A DNA stretch of 64,000 nucleotides. Origin: an uncultured Planctomycetia bacterium. GTDB lineage: Bacteria; Omnitrophota; Gorgyraeia; JABMRG01. The DNA lies in assembly GCA_964634945.1 (NCBI GenBank), contig CAZWMG010000002.1, positions 38,661 through 102,660 on the forward strand, in the 5' to 3' direction. Numbering within the stretch: position 1 is the first letter of the stretch; every line of letters starts with the position of its first letter. The notes under the pieces are model-generated. The model saw only the letters and a list, made by a program, of their open reading frames with translations, was not told the DNA's origin and ran no database searches. Shown in pieces: positions 1 through 8,836 of the stretch. The translations under genes were made by a program, and so were the position numbers.

Positions 1-1
1 G

Positions 2-262
2 GGATATTGTATTATGCCAGTTGCAAATACTTCTAATGGGCCATTTGGTAAAAGGTTTTTCAGAAGAGGTTGTGGTGGTCAAGGTTGGGGAAACCGGAAT
101 TGGGCCATTGGTTCGCAAGGCCGGATGCAATTAAATCAGTCACAGACAGAAGAAGAAAACCTGGATATGCTAAAGGCTTACGCAGCTAATATAAAGCAGG
201 AGCTTGCGGTTACACAAGAGCGTATAGAAACTTTAAAAAAAGACGCAGAAAAAAATAAATAA
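2..262 (+). CDS. DUF5320-like Gly/Arg-rich protein, 5'-truncated by window edge
   Basis: Frame is open from position 2 (GYCIMP...). G/R-rich middle and coiled-coil C-terminus. Typical neighbour of NifX/MinD-ATPase operons. Confidence 0.65.
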   Translation, partial: GYCIMPVANTSNGPFGKRFFRRGCGGQGWGNRNWAIGSQGRMQLNQSQTEEENLDMLKAYAANIKQELAVTQERIETLKKDAEKNK

Positions 263-299
263 CAAAATGCAGACACAAAACAATTAACAGGAGGAGTTG

Positions 300-662
300 A
301 TGAAACTAGGCATAACTTTAGAAGACGAGAAGGGCATGGATGGTAATGTATCACTCCATTTTGGACAATGTAAGTATTTTCTTATTGCTGACATTGAAGG
401 CAATAAGGTCATAAACTCAAAAGTTGTGCCTAACACAGCTGTGCATGGTGGCGGCGGATGTGTTGCAGTGGATGAGATTTTACAATATAACATTTCGCAT
501 GTAATATCAGGTGGCATGGGTATGGGGGCTCAACAGAAGTTTGCTAATGCAGGAGTGAATATCTTTGGCTATGAAGGTACGGTTAAAGATGCTATGGAAG
601 GGCTCCTAAATAATTCATTAGATGGATTAGGGGTATGTCGGGATCATGGAGAGTGTCATTAA
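300..662 (+). CDS. NifB/NifX (dinitrogenase FeMo-cofactor biosynthesis) family protein
   Basis: VSLHFGQCKYF and ISGGMGMGA motifs; RBS GGAGGAG before ATG 300. Confidence 0.85.
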   Translation: MKLGITLEDEKGMDGNVSLHFGQCKYFLIADIEGNKVINSKVVPNTAVHGGGGCVAVDEILQYNISHVISGGMGMGAQQKFANAGVNIFGYEGTVKDAMEGLLNNSLDGLGVCRDHGECH

Positions 663-677
663 ACAAAAGAGGATATT

Positions 678-1052
678 ATGAAGATCTGTATTACTTCACA
701 GGGGGAAACGATGAACGCGGCGATAGATCCGCGTTTTGGCAGGTGTCAGTATTTTATTATCGCGGATACCGATAACTCGGCTTTTGAAGCGATTAAAAAC
801 CCGAATATCGAATCTATGGGCGGCGCGGGTATTCAATCGGGCCAGTTTGTTGCCATAAAACAGGCAAAGGCGGTTATAACAGGTAATGTCGGGCCCAATG
901 CCTTTCAGGCCTTACAAGCTGCGAATGTAGATGTAATTATCGGTGTTTCAGGTACCGTAGAAGAAGCGATAGAAAAGTACAAAAAAGGCGATCTAAAGCC
1001 TGCAGAGGGCCCTAGTGTAAATTCAAAGTTTGGCGTACCGCCAACAAACTGA
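678..1052 (+). CDS. NifB/NifX family protein
   Basis: IDPRFGRCQYF, GGAGIQ and ITGNVGPNA motifs. Confidence 0.9.
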   Translation: MKICITSQGETMNAAIDPRFGRCQYFIIADTDNSAFEAIKNPNIESMGGAGIQSGQFVAIKQAKAVITGNVGPNAFQALQAANVDVIIGVSGTVEEAIEKYKKGDLKPAEGPSVNSKFGVPPTN

Positions 1053-1073
1053 TTAAAATAAGGAGAAACAAAG

Positions 1074-1241
1074 ATGCCGGCAAATATTGATAAAGAAAAA
1101 TGTACAGGATGCGGAGCCTGTGTAGGTGCCTGTCCCGTAAATGTTATAAAGATAGAGAACGATAAGGCAGTAATAAGTGATGATTGTATAGACTGCGGCG
1201 CTTGTGTGAGCCAGTGCCCGGTAGAGGCGATATCACTTTAA
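1074..1241 (+). CDS. 2[4Fe-4S] ferredoxin (55 aa, absent from ORF track)
   Basis: Translated by hand: MPANIDKEKCTGCGACVGACP...DCIDCGACVSQCPVEAISL*; two CxxCxxCxxxCP motifs; RBS AAGGAG. Confidence 0.95.
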   Translation: MPANIDKEKCTGCGACVGACPVNVIKIENDKAVISDDCIDCGACVSQCPVEAISL

Positions 1242-1245
1242 AGAT

Positions 1246-2103
1246 ATGATTATTTCAGTTGCCAGCGGAAAAGGCGGTACAGGCAAGACCACTGTATCTA
1301 CAAGTCTTGCTCTTTCTATCGCAGGAGGCGTGCAATTTCTTGACTGTGATGTTGAAGAGCCTAACGCGCATATTTTTCTAAAACCTGCCGTGAAAAAGAT
1401 TGAAAAAAGTTTTATCCCGGTGCCTGAGATAGATAGAAAAAAATGTAATTATTGCGGAAAGTGCAGAGAAGTGTGCGCCTATAACGCTATGATGGTTATC
1501 CCCGCAACAGAGGAGACAAGGGGCAGCATCTTAGTCTTTTCTCACCTATGCCACGGATGCGGCGCGTGCGCTTATTTCTGCCCGCAAAAAGCCATAAAAG
1601 AAGTAGGTAAAGAGATAGGTACTATCGAGATAGGTGATGTTGGTTCCATGCAATTTATTCATGGACGCCTTAATATAGGCGAAGCCATGGCGCCACCTTT
1701 AATAAGGCACGTTAAAACGTATATTAATTACACTGGAACAGTTATTATCGATGCTCCTCCGGGGGCATCGTGCCCTGTTATCGAGTCCTTAAGAAAAAGC
1801 AATTTCTGTATTTTGGTGACAGAACCCACTCCTTTTGGACTAAACGATCTAATATTGGCGGTCGAAGTTTTGCGAAAGCTTGAGATCCCTTTTGGTGTTG
1901 TGGTTAATAGGTCGGATTTGGGTGATAACAAGACAGATAACTACTGCCGCGAAGAAAAAATACAGGTACTTATGCGCATACCCTTTAAAGAGGAGATAGC
2001 TATAGCCTACTCCAGGGGCATACCGATAGTTTTGGCTTTTCCTGAATACAAAAAGGATTTTGCGAAGCTCTATGACACTATTAGCAGACGGGATAAGACA
2101 TGA
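1246..2103 (+). CDS. MinD-superfamily P-loop ATPase with inserted 4Fe-4S ferredoxin domain
   Basis: SGKGGTGKT, DCDVEEPN, two Cys clusters, DAPPG, VTEPTPFG. Confidence 0.9.
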   Translation: MIISVASGKGGTGKTTVSTSLALSIAGGVQFLDCDVEEPNAHIFLKPAVKKIEKSFIPVPEIDRKKCNYCGKCREVCAYNAMMVIPATEETRGSILVFSHLCHGCGACAYFCPQKAIKEVGKEIGTIEIGDVGSMQFIHGRLNIGEAMAPPLIRHVKTYINYTGTVIIDAPPGASCPVIESLRKSNFCILVTEPTPFGLNDLILAVEVLRKLEIPFGVVVNRSDLGDNKTDNYCREEKIQVLMRIPFKEEIAIAYSRGIPIVLAFPEYKKDFAKLYDTISRRDKT

Positions 2104-2957
2104 AACAGGTAGTTATAATCAGCGGAAAAGGCGGTACCGGCAAGACCGTAATTACGGGCTCATTTGCCGCGTTAGCAAAGAATAAAATAATGGCAGATTG
2201 CGACGTAGATGCCGCGGATCTCCATCTTTTGCTGCAACCGGATATAAAAGAGAGGCATGAATTTAGAAGCGGCAAGACCGCGATTATTAAAAAAGAACTT
2301 TGTAAAAAATGCGGCAAATGTTTAAGCATTTGCCGCATTGAAGCGATAAGCAGTGATTTTATCATAGACCCTGTATCTTGTGAAGGTTGTGGTTTTTGCG
2401 GTTTCGTTTGCCCTGAAGGCGCTATAGAAATGAAGGAGAATATTTCCGGGGAGTGGTTTATATCTGATACACGCTTTGGGCCGATGGTATACGCCAAGCT
2501 CGGAGCAGCACAGGAGAATTCCGGAAAACTTGTTTCACTGGTAAGAAACCAGGCAAAACAGCTTGCGAAAAAAGAAAACCGCGATTGGGTTATTATCGAC
2601 GGGGCGCCGGGTATAGGCTGCCCTGTAATCGCTTCACTTTCAGGTATGGATTGCGCGATAGTTGTTACTGAGCCTACTCTCTCGGGCCTGCATGATGCCA
2701 GCCGTGTTATTGATGTTGCGAAGCATTTTAAGGTTAAGACAACACTTCTTATAAACAAGTATGACCTAAATCTTGACATGACCAAAAAGATAGAGCAATA
2801 TTGCGAAAAAGAAGGCGTTGAAATTATCGGTAAAGTTAGTTTCGATAAGTCAGTAGTAGAGGCCATGGTATCTTCTAAAACAGTGGTTGAATGCGGCGAC
2901 TCAAAAGCTAAGGATGAGATCACCTCTATCTGGGAACGTTTACAAAAAGAGTTTTAA
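2100..2957 (+). CDS. MinD-superfamily P-loop ATPase with inserted ferredoxin domain (paralog)
   Basis: SGKGGTGKT, DCDVDA, CKKCGKC and CEGCGFC, DGAPGIGCP. Confidence 0.9.
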   Translation: MKQVVIISGKGGTGKTVITGSFAALAKNKIMADCDVDAADLHLLLQPDIKERHEFRSGKTAIIKKELCKKCGKCLSICRIEAISSDFIIDPVSCEGCGFCGFVCPEGAIEMKENISGEWFISDTRFGPMVYAKLGAAQENSGKLVSLVRNQAKQLAKKENRDWVIIDGAPGIGCPVIASLSGMDCAIVVTEPTLSGLHDASRVIDVAKHFKVKTTLLINKYDLNLDMTKKIEQYCEKEGVEIIGKVSFDKSVVEAMVSSKTVVECGDSKAKDEITSIWERLQKEF

Positions 2958-2992
2958 CGGGGTTTAAAATATAAAAAAGGCAGGCCTATTGG

Positions 2993-3889
2993 ATGAGGAC
3001 TTATCTGGATTGCATACCATGTTTTTTTAAGCAGGCGCTTGAAGCCGGAAAAATCGCGGGAGCAAGCCAGGTTACGCAAAAAAGAATACTGGATAAGCTC
3101 GCTAAGGACTTTTCGAAATTCTCCTTAAGTGCTTCTCCGCCCGAGATAGGCAGGACTATCTATGGTATTGTAAAAGAGGTTACCAAAAAGAAGGATCCTT
3201 TTGCGCAAATAAAAGCAAAGAGTAACAGGCTCGCGCTTAAGATGTATAAAAAGCTAAAGAATAAAGTTGCTTATTCAAGTGATAGGCTATTGATGGCCGT
3301 GGAACTCGCGATTGCCGGTAATATAATTGATTATGGTGTTAAAAATTCATTAAATGTTGATGCTGAGCTGGCGAAGATTTTAGCACAAGAGAATAGATCT
3401 ATAAAACAAGAGAGCAAGGCAATATTTGATTATAAGAGTTTTAAACACGCCTTGAAGCGATCGAGTGCGATACTCTATCTTGGCGATAACGCGGGAGAGA
3501 CGGTTTTTGACCGCGTATTGATAGAGGAGATTAAAAGAATTGATAAGGCAAAGAACATTACATATGTTGTAAAGAAGAGCCCCGTTATAAATGACGCGCT
3601 TATCAAGGATGCCATAGATTGCGGCATAGACAAGACAGCTAAGATAATATCATCAGGTTCTGATGCGCCGGGAACGGTTTTGCCCTTATGTAAAAAAAGT
3701 TTTTTGAATTTGTTTAACAAGGCTGACATGGTCATAAGTAAGGGGCAAGGCAACTTTGAGGCATTGTCAGGCGTTAAGAGGCCGGTATTTTTTCTTTTTA
3801 TGGCAAAATGTCCTGTTGTTGCCCAACATGTTGGATGCAAGATAGGGGACATTATATTGTCCTATCACCCAAGTAAAAGGAGAATGTAA
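2993..3889 (+). CDS. ARMT1-like / DUF89 damage-control phosphatase
   Basis: CIPC, AGNIIDYG, DNAGE, INDA and SKGQGNFE motifs. Confidence 0.9.
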   Translation: MRTYLDCIPCFFKQALEAGKIAGASQVTQKRILDKLAKDFSKFSLSASPPEIGRTIYGIVKEVTKKKDPFAQIKAKSNRLALKMYKKLKNKVAYSSDRLLMAVELAIAGNIIDYGVKNSLNVDAELAKILAQENRSIKQESKAIFDYKSFKHALKRSSAILYLGDNAGETVFDRVLIEEIKRIDKAKNITYVVKKSPVINDALIKDAIDCGIDKTAKIISSGSDAPGTVLPLCKKSFLNLFNKADMVISKGQGNFEALSGVKRPVFFLFMAKCPVVAQHVGCKIGDIILSYHPSKRRM

Positions 3890-3893
3890 GTAT

Positions 3894-4529
3894 ATGCGAT
3901 ATATTCCAAAAGTGACCCATAAAAGTATCGAGGAAAACCACCGGCACTTTATGGAGCGCGTTTCAATCTTTAAAAAGAGAGGGTTTGATTTTTCCAGAAG
4001 CTTGCGGTTTGTCTTAAAAAAAGCAGAGCCGTTACATGGCAGCATTTTGGAGATAGGTACCGGTACAGGGCATACTATGCTTGCCTTGGCAAAAGCAGGG
4101 TATGAGCTTACATCAATAGATAAGGACAAAAATGCTCTAAAGATAGCGGCATTAAACCTCGCCTATGCGAAATTGCTTCCCCTAGTTGAGTTTCACGCAA
4201 TGGATGGCAAGAAGCTAAAATTTAAAAACAATAGTTTTAATAACATAATCGCCGTGAGCGTGTTCCATCACATAAATAGCGTCGAGAAAATGCTTATAGA
4301 AATAGACAGGGTCTTAAGTAAGAACGGGAAGATTGTCTTCGCTGATTTCAATAGCAAAGGTATGGCGATAGTAAACAGTGTGCACAGGCATGAGGGTGGA
4401 GTTCATGAATGTACAGATGCTACAAAAGGGAAGATATTTTCCTATTTTCATGGATTAGGCTATGATATGGATAGTTACAATTCTAAGAGTCACTGGGCTA
4501 TTATCGGGAAAAAGGTAATCAGAAAATAA
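3894..4529 (+). CDS. Class I SAM-dependent methyltransferase
   Basis: Motif I ILEIGTGTG; VFHH; GKIVFADF. Confidence 0.85.
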   Translation: MRYIPKVTHKSIEENHRHFMERVSIFKKRGFDFSRSLRFVLKKAEPLHGSILEIGTGTGHTMLALAKAGYELTSIDKDKNALKIAALNLAYAKLLPLVEFHAMDGKKLKFKNNSFNNIIAVSVFHHINSVEKMLIEIDRVLSKNGKIVFADFNSKGMAIVNSVHRHEGGVHECTDATKGKIFSYFHGLGYDMDSYNSKSHWAIIGKKVIRK

Positions 4530-4532
4530 GAT

Positions 4533-5247
4533 ATGAGGGCTCAGATTCTTTTTAATGACAAGGCTATTAGCTCCGAATTTTTAGAAGGACATGGATTTTC
4601 CTGCCTCATTGATAGTCGCCTTCTTTTCGATACTGGTTCTGGTTTTGAAATATTGCTAAAGAATATAAAAACCGCAGGCGTTGGCATTGATGATATAGGT
4701 TCGATTGTTATCTCTCACGATCATCAGGATCACACAGGAGGCTTATGGGAGATATTAAGAATTAAAAAAGGCCTTGAAGTCTATGCATGTCCTAATTTTA
4801 GCCGGGAATTCAAAGACAAGGCAAAAGCGTTCTGTGGTACTCTTATAGAGCATGAGAAACCATTTGAGATATCAAAGAATATATTTCTTACAGGAGAGAT
4901 ACCGGGAACTTACAAGGGTAAGTCTATGCCTGAGCAGTCACTTGTTGTAAAAACAGAGTTGGGCATAAGTGTAATTACAGGTTGTGCCCACCCCGGTATT
5001 GTTAATATCCTACAGAGAGTTAAATCCTTTTTATCTTTGAGGGAGTTTTTATTCGGTTTTAGGCGGATTGCATTTACATGATAAGAGCAAAAATGAGATA
5101 AATCATGTAACCGAAGAATTTCAGGCCATGAAAGTTAGAAAAGTAGGCCCTGCCCATTGTAGCGGCAAGGCAGCGGAAGGCATATTCAAAAAGAGGTATA
5201 TGGATAATTCCATTACGGTAAGAGCGGGCGGGGAGTTAAGCATATAA
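4533..5247 (+). pseudogene. MBL-fold metallo-hydrolase, frameshifted near 5046-5050
   Basis: HGFS, LFDTG, SHDHQDH and GCAHPG in frame 1. The C-terminal VLGGLHL...PAHCSG...RAGGELSI* continues in another frame to TAA 5245-5247. Confidence 0.8.
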
Positions 5248-5279
5248 CCAGCGCGCGCAAATGCCTTGTTGCGCTTAAT

Positions 5280-5323
5280 TTTCTTGACAAAAAATCCGCC
5301 ATGTTATGCGCTCATACCTTATC
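5280..5323 (+). repeat. Direct repeat copy 1 (promoter-like, 36/44 identical to 7838-7881)
   Basis: tttcttgacaaaaaa-N6-atgttat-N3-ctcata-N-cttatc occurs on both sides of the RelA-like gene. Confidence 0.75.
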
Positions 5324-5460
5324 CATGCCTGATATCTGCATCGGAAAGCCCACATTTTCTTGCACCATTTAATTGCCCGCGTAGTTGACTTTTATTAATA
5401 CTTATGATATACTTTTATTAAACTATCAAAAAGTAATAACGTAAAATTTAGGTTATTATT

Positions 5461-7797
5461 ATGTCAAATATTGCAAAAAAATACACGTATAAATATATAT
5501 GCGTATCACTTATTATATTTCTTATTAGTGTGATCCCCAAATCTCACGTATTTGCCCTCCGCCCAATTGCTTACGATCTTTCTGCGGCAAAGAGTTCGGC
5601 TAGCGGCGCTCTTTTAAATGATAGCAAACGTATATTAGCTGATCCCCTTTCTCTTTCTACTGTCAAAAAACCGGAATGGGCAATGGAAATCGCCGAAAAT
5701 CTTTATGGGAATAAAAGATTCGATTTTGGCGAAACACATTTTGAACACGCAAGCAAAGTAGCAGATGCACTCATAGGGTTAAACCCCAAAATAGATGAGT
5801 TAACAATAGCGGCGGTCTTGTTGCATGTAACAGATATAGAAAACCTAGAAAAATATATAGACATCCTTAAAAAACATATAGAGAATATAAAAAAGAAATC
5901 TAAGAAAAACAAAAATAAGCCGAAAAAATCTGAATCGAAATACAAAAAAGATACTATAAGCAAGATAGCAAGCTTAAGTACAAAAGATATCAATAAGATT
6001 GTAAATTTAGTCAAGAGCATGAACAGGGTAATCCGCTTACCATATCTGCCTCCTGATAAACCAGGGCTAAGATTAAATCAGAACAAGATGAACATGATTA
6101 TACAATTGACAGTGAGCAAGGAGTGCATGTTTTCGGTCTTTGCAGATAAGTTAAAAACTCTTTTGGCCGCTCCAAACCTGGAAAAAACGCAACAGGATTA
6201 TATATACCGCGAGACACTTAATATTTATGCTCCTTTAGCAGAAAGACTTGGCATGGATGGTTTAGCCAGGGACTTTAGAGATACGGTATTAGAGTTTAGC
6301 AATGGTGAGGTGTATGATGCAGTTGTAGAAGCTATGAAAAAAAGGATTGGCATGGATCGCCAAGAGGCATTGGGATACTTGGCGGAGGTAGAAAACAATC
6401 TTAAGCATGACTTAAAAGAGTTAAATATTTCAGCCAGAATTAAGGTGAGACAGAAAAGCATTTATTCCGTTTACGAGAAGATAAAAGCTCTAAGAAGAAA
6501 AAGGCATGGAAAAAATGATGAGGTGTCTATTGAGGAAATTGCCACATACATATACGAAATCGATGATTTACTTGGTGTAAAAATAATTGTTGGCAATAAT
6601 GAGGAAGATTTCTGGCTGGCGTCAGATATATCTACAAAGCATAATATAAACGAACGTGAAATTAAATTTGATAAAAAAAGAGGCAGCCATAAAACCACTG
6701 CATTGCACACAGGCGTAAAGAGTAAAACAGATAACGTGCTTTATGAACTTCAGGTGATAACGGAGAATAATTCTTATGACCTAAAGTATGGTACAAAAGC
6801 ACATTGGGCATATAAGGCAAAAAGAGAGACGGGACAAAACTTTGATATTGACGATATTGAGAAAGCGGAGAATTTTAACGAGCGTTTTTCAAAACTGAAA
6901 GAATATTTGGATAAGTGGGTATTTGTATTGAGAGAGATAGATGATATCGGAGGCAAAACCGCGTTTAAGGTTTTAAGGTTTTTTAAGGGTAGCATTCCTG
7001 CTGATTTTGCAGCCGCAAAAAGCATAAACGCACTTGATAAAGACTATGAAAAAGCAAAGCATCATAGAGCATACTATGATATTACGCAAAACAGAGTCAT
7101 CAGATCGCAAGAAAGAGAACTAAGCCCGGCTGCTAAGCTTAAGTCGGGTATGGTGGTAAGCGTTTTAGTAAGGAATAATTTTTTGAAAAAAAATTCCAAT
7201 ACATATCAGGCGATAAAAAAACACGCGGAAATGCCCCGCACATATTTTTTACTTTATACCATGGGTCTTACTGAAGCGGATATGCATAAATTAGCAGTAC
7301 AAGGAAAGAGTATCTTGGAAGAGGAGGCATCAAGATTTATTAATATTGCGCATTTTGAGCCGAGGGCAAAGAAGTTTAGAAAGGATATGAAAAAAGGATA
7401 TGATAACAGCAATGGTTTTTATGATAAAATGGCAATTGGCCTTGGCTTGAAAGATGAGACAGAATTGTGCATTCTTTTAACTATACCGGATAAGGTTGTT
7501 GTAGATAGAACAAAGCAGCAAATAAAAGAACATGCATTAAATAGAAGAAGAGGCGCCTTAACAAGAGGCAGAGAGCTTCTAAGAGCAGGGGGGAATGGGT
7601 TGGATTTGAACGATGACGAAGTGCTCAAAAAATTAACATCGATATTAGATGACCCGTCTATTCAGAAAGCATCATTGCTGGAGCTGTTTATCGCAATAGG
7701 AGATGGCGAAATAGACGCAGAGTTTGTAAAAGCATCCTCATCAGGAACCAAGCCTTTTAAGGTATCAAGGCCGGATCTCTGTAGTTCAGCAGCCTGA
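5461..7797 (+). CDS. Signal-peptide-bearing long RelA/SpoT homologue (divergent HD, synthetase and TGS-like domains)
   Basis: IYAPLAERLG, RQKSIYSVYEK, DDLLGVKII, ELQV, AHWAYK, GSIPADFA; hydrophobic N-terminus ending VFA-LRP. Confidence 0.85.
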   Translation: MSNIAKKYTYKYICVSLIIFLISVIPKSHVFALRPIAYDLSAAKSSASGALLNDSKRILADPLSLSTVKKPEWAMEIAENLYGNKRFDFGETHFEHASKVADALIGLNPKIDELTIAAVLLHVTDIENLEKYIDILKKHIENIKKKSKKNKNKPKKSESKYKKDTISKIASLSTKDINKIVNLVKSMNRVIRLPYLPPDKPGLRLNQNKMNMIIQLTVSKECMFSVFADKLKTLLAAPNLEKTQQDYIYRETLNIYAPLAERLGMDGLARDFRDTVLEFSNGEVYDAVVEAMKKRIGMDRQEALGYLAEVENNLKHDLKELNISARIKVRQKSIYSVYEKIKALRRKRHGKNDEVSIEEIATYIYEIDDLLGVKIIVGNNEEDFWLASDISTKHNINEREIKFDKKRGSHKTTALHTGVKSKTDNVLYELQVITENNSYDLKYGTKAHWAYKAKRETGQNFDIDDIEKAENFNERFSKLKEYLDKWVFVLREIDDIGGKTAFKVLRFFKGSIPADFAAAKSINALDKDYEKAKHHRAYYDITQNRVIRSQERELSPAAKLKSGMVVSVLVRNNFLKKNSNTYQAIKKHAEMPRTYFLLYTMGLTEADMHKLAVQGKSILEEEASRFINIAHFEPRAKKFRKDMKKGYDNSNGFYDKMAIGLGLKDETELCILLTIPDKVVVDRTKQQIKEHALNRRRGALTRGRELLRAGGNGLDLNDDEVLKKLTSILDDPSIQKASLLELFIAIGDGEIDAEFVKASSSGTKPFKVSRPDLCSSAA

Positions 7798-7837
7798 TGC
7801 TGTAAGCCTCAGGCTGACTTTTTATAGCCCAGCTATA

Positions 7838-7881
7838 TTTCTTGACAAAAAACGAGTGATGTTATACACTCATATCTTATC
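7838..7881 (+). repeat. Direct repeat copy 2, probable promoter of the DUF3108-pabBC operon
   Basis: TTGACA ... TGTTATAC; matches 5280-5323. Confidence 0.7.
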
Positions 7882-7950
7882 GTGAGCCGGTTATGCCCTG
7901 CTAAAAAGAAGGCATTGGTCTTATCTTTATTATGATCCTAGGAACAAAAC

Positions 7951-8820
7951 ATGAGAAAAACCCTAAATTTTATTCTAATCTTGTTAATAATGGCGTGTGC
8001 TGTAACATTATTTTTCTATGATATACAGTTTAGCACAGAAAAATGTGACATTTTATTCCACAGTAGAAACAATAACAAGAGTAGTTATGGGTTCAATTGT
8101 GAAAAAGGCTTTAAGATAATGCGTTTTGTAAATGGATTAAACGGGGTATCGGCAGAGCAGATATATTCTTCGAGCAAAGATCCACAGGGTGAGCTACCGT
8201 TTAAAAAGGGAGAAAAGCTAGTCTTCGACCTCTATTCCGCGGGGTTGAAGACAGGCAAGTCGGTTCTGGTCTTTCATGGGGAAGAGGAGCTTGACGGAGC
8301 GCAGGTCTATCACATAAGTTTTTCAACGGAATCACCGCTCTTTAAGGACTATGAGGAGATATACGCTGAAAAGGAGACTTTTTTACCGATAAAGATAAAT
8401 AGGCGCATTAAAAAAATAGTGGGTTTCTCAGAAAACATAGAGGAAAAATATAATCAGTCTGATTTTAGCGTAGATATTACTAAGAAAGGCAGGTTATCTT
8501 CAAAGACTACTACGATAAAGAAGGAATCTCCTATCTATAACTCAATATTATTGACATACTATTGTCGCGCCAATCCCTATAACGCGGAGATGTCCAAATT
8601 AAAGATTGTATTGCCAACATTTGATTTCTATATCAATATGTCAGGGCAAGAGACAATAGAGACCCCATCCGGCACATATGATGTTGATGTTTTTTCAAGC
8701 CAGCCGCCAAAATTCACTTTCTATTTAAGCAAAGATAAGGACAGGGTGCCTGTGAAGATAAAAAGCCACACAGCCCTGAATTACTCTATGGTTCTAAATT
8801 CAAAAGAGAATTCTAATTAA
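7951..8820 (+). CDS. DUF3108-like exported protein
   Basis: N-terminal hydrophobic segment; PFKKGEKLVF, GQETIETPSGTY, YLSKDKDRVPVKI patterns. Confidence 0.7.
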   Translation: MRKTLNFILILLIMACAVTLFFYDIQFSTEKCDILFHSRNNNKSSYGFNCEKGFKIMRFVNGLNGVSAEQIYSSSKDPQGELPFKKGEKLVFDLYSAGLKTGKSVLVFHGEEELDGAQVYHISFSTESPLFKDYEEIYAEKETFLPIKINRRIKKIVGFSENIEEKYNQSDFSVDITKKGRLSSKTTTIKKESPIYNSILLTYYCRANPYNAEMSKLKIVLPTFDFYINMSGQETIETPSGTYDVDVFSSQPPKFTFYLSKDKDRVPVKIKSHTALNYSMVLNSKENSN

Positions 8821-8836
8821 AAGCCGCTTTAGCAAC

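Noticed and set aside
297-1052. NifB/NifX-family genes as evidence of nitrogen fixation
   Set aside because: No nifHDK in the window; this NifX + MinD-ferredoxin ATPase operon is common in non-diazotrophic anaerobes.
2081-2923. Long minus-strand ORFs (also 40471-41145, 61179-61787 and many shorter)
   Set aside because: Antisense shadows of well-supported + strand genes, with no motifs.
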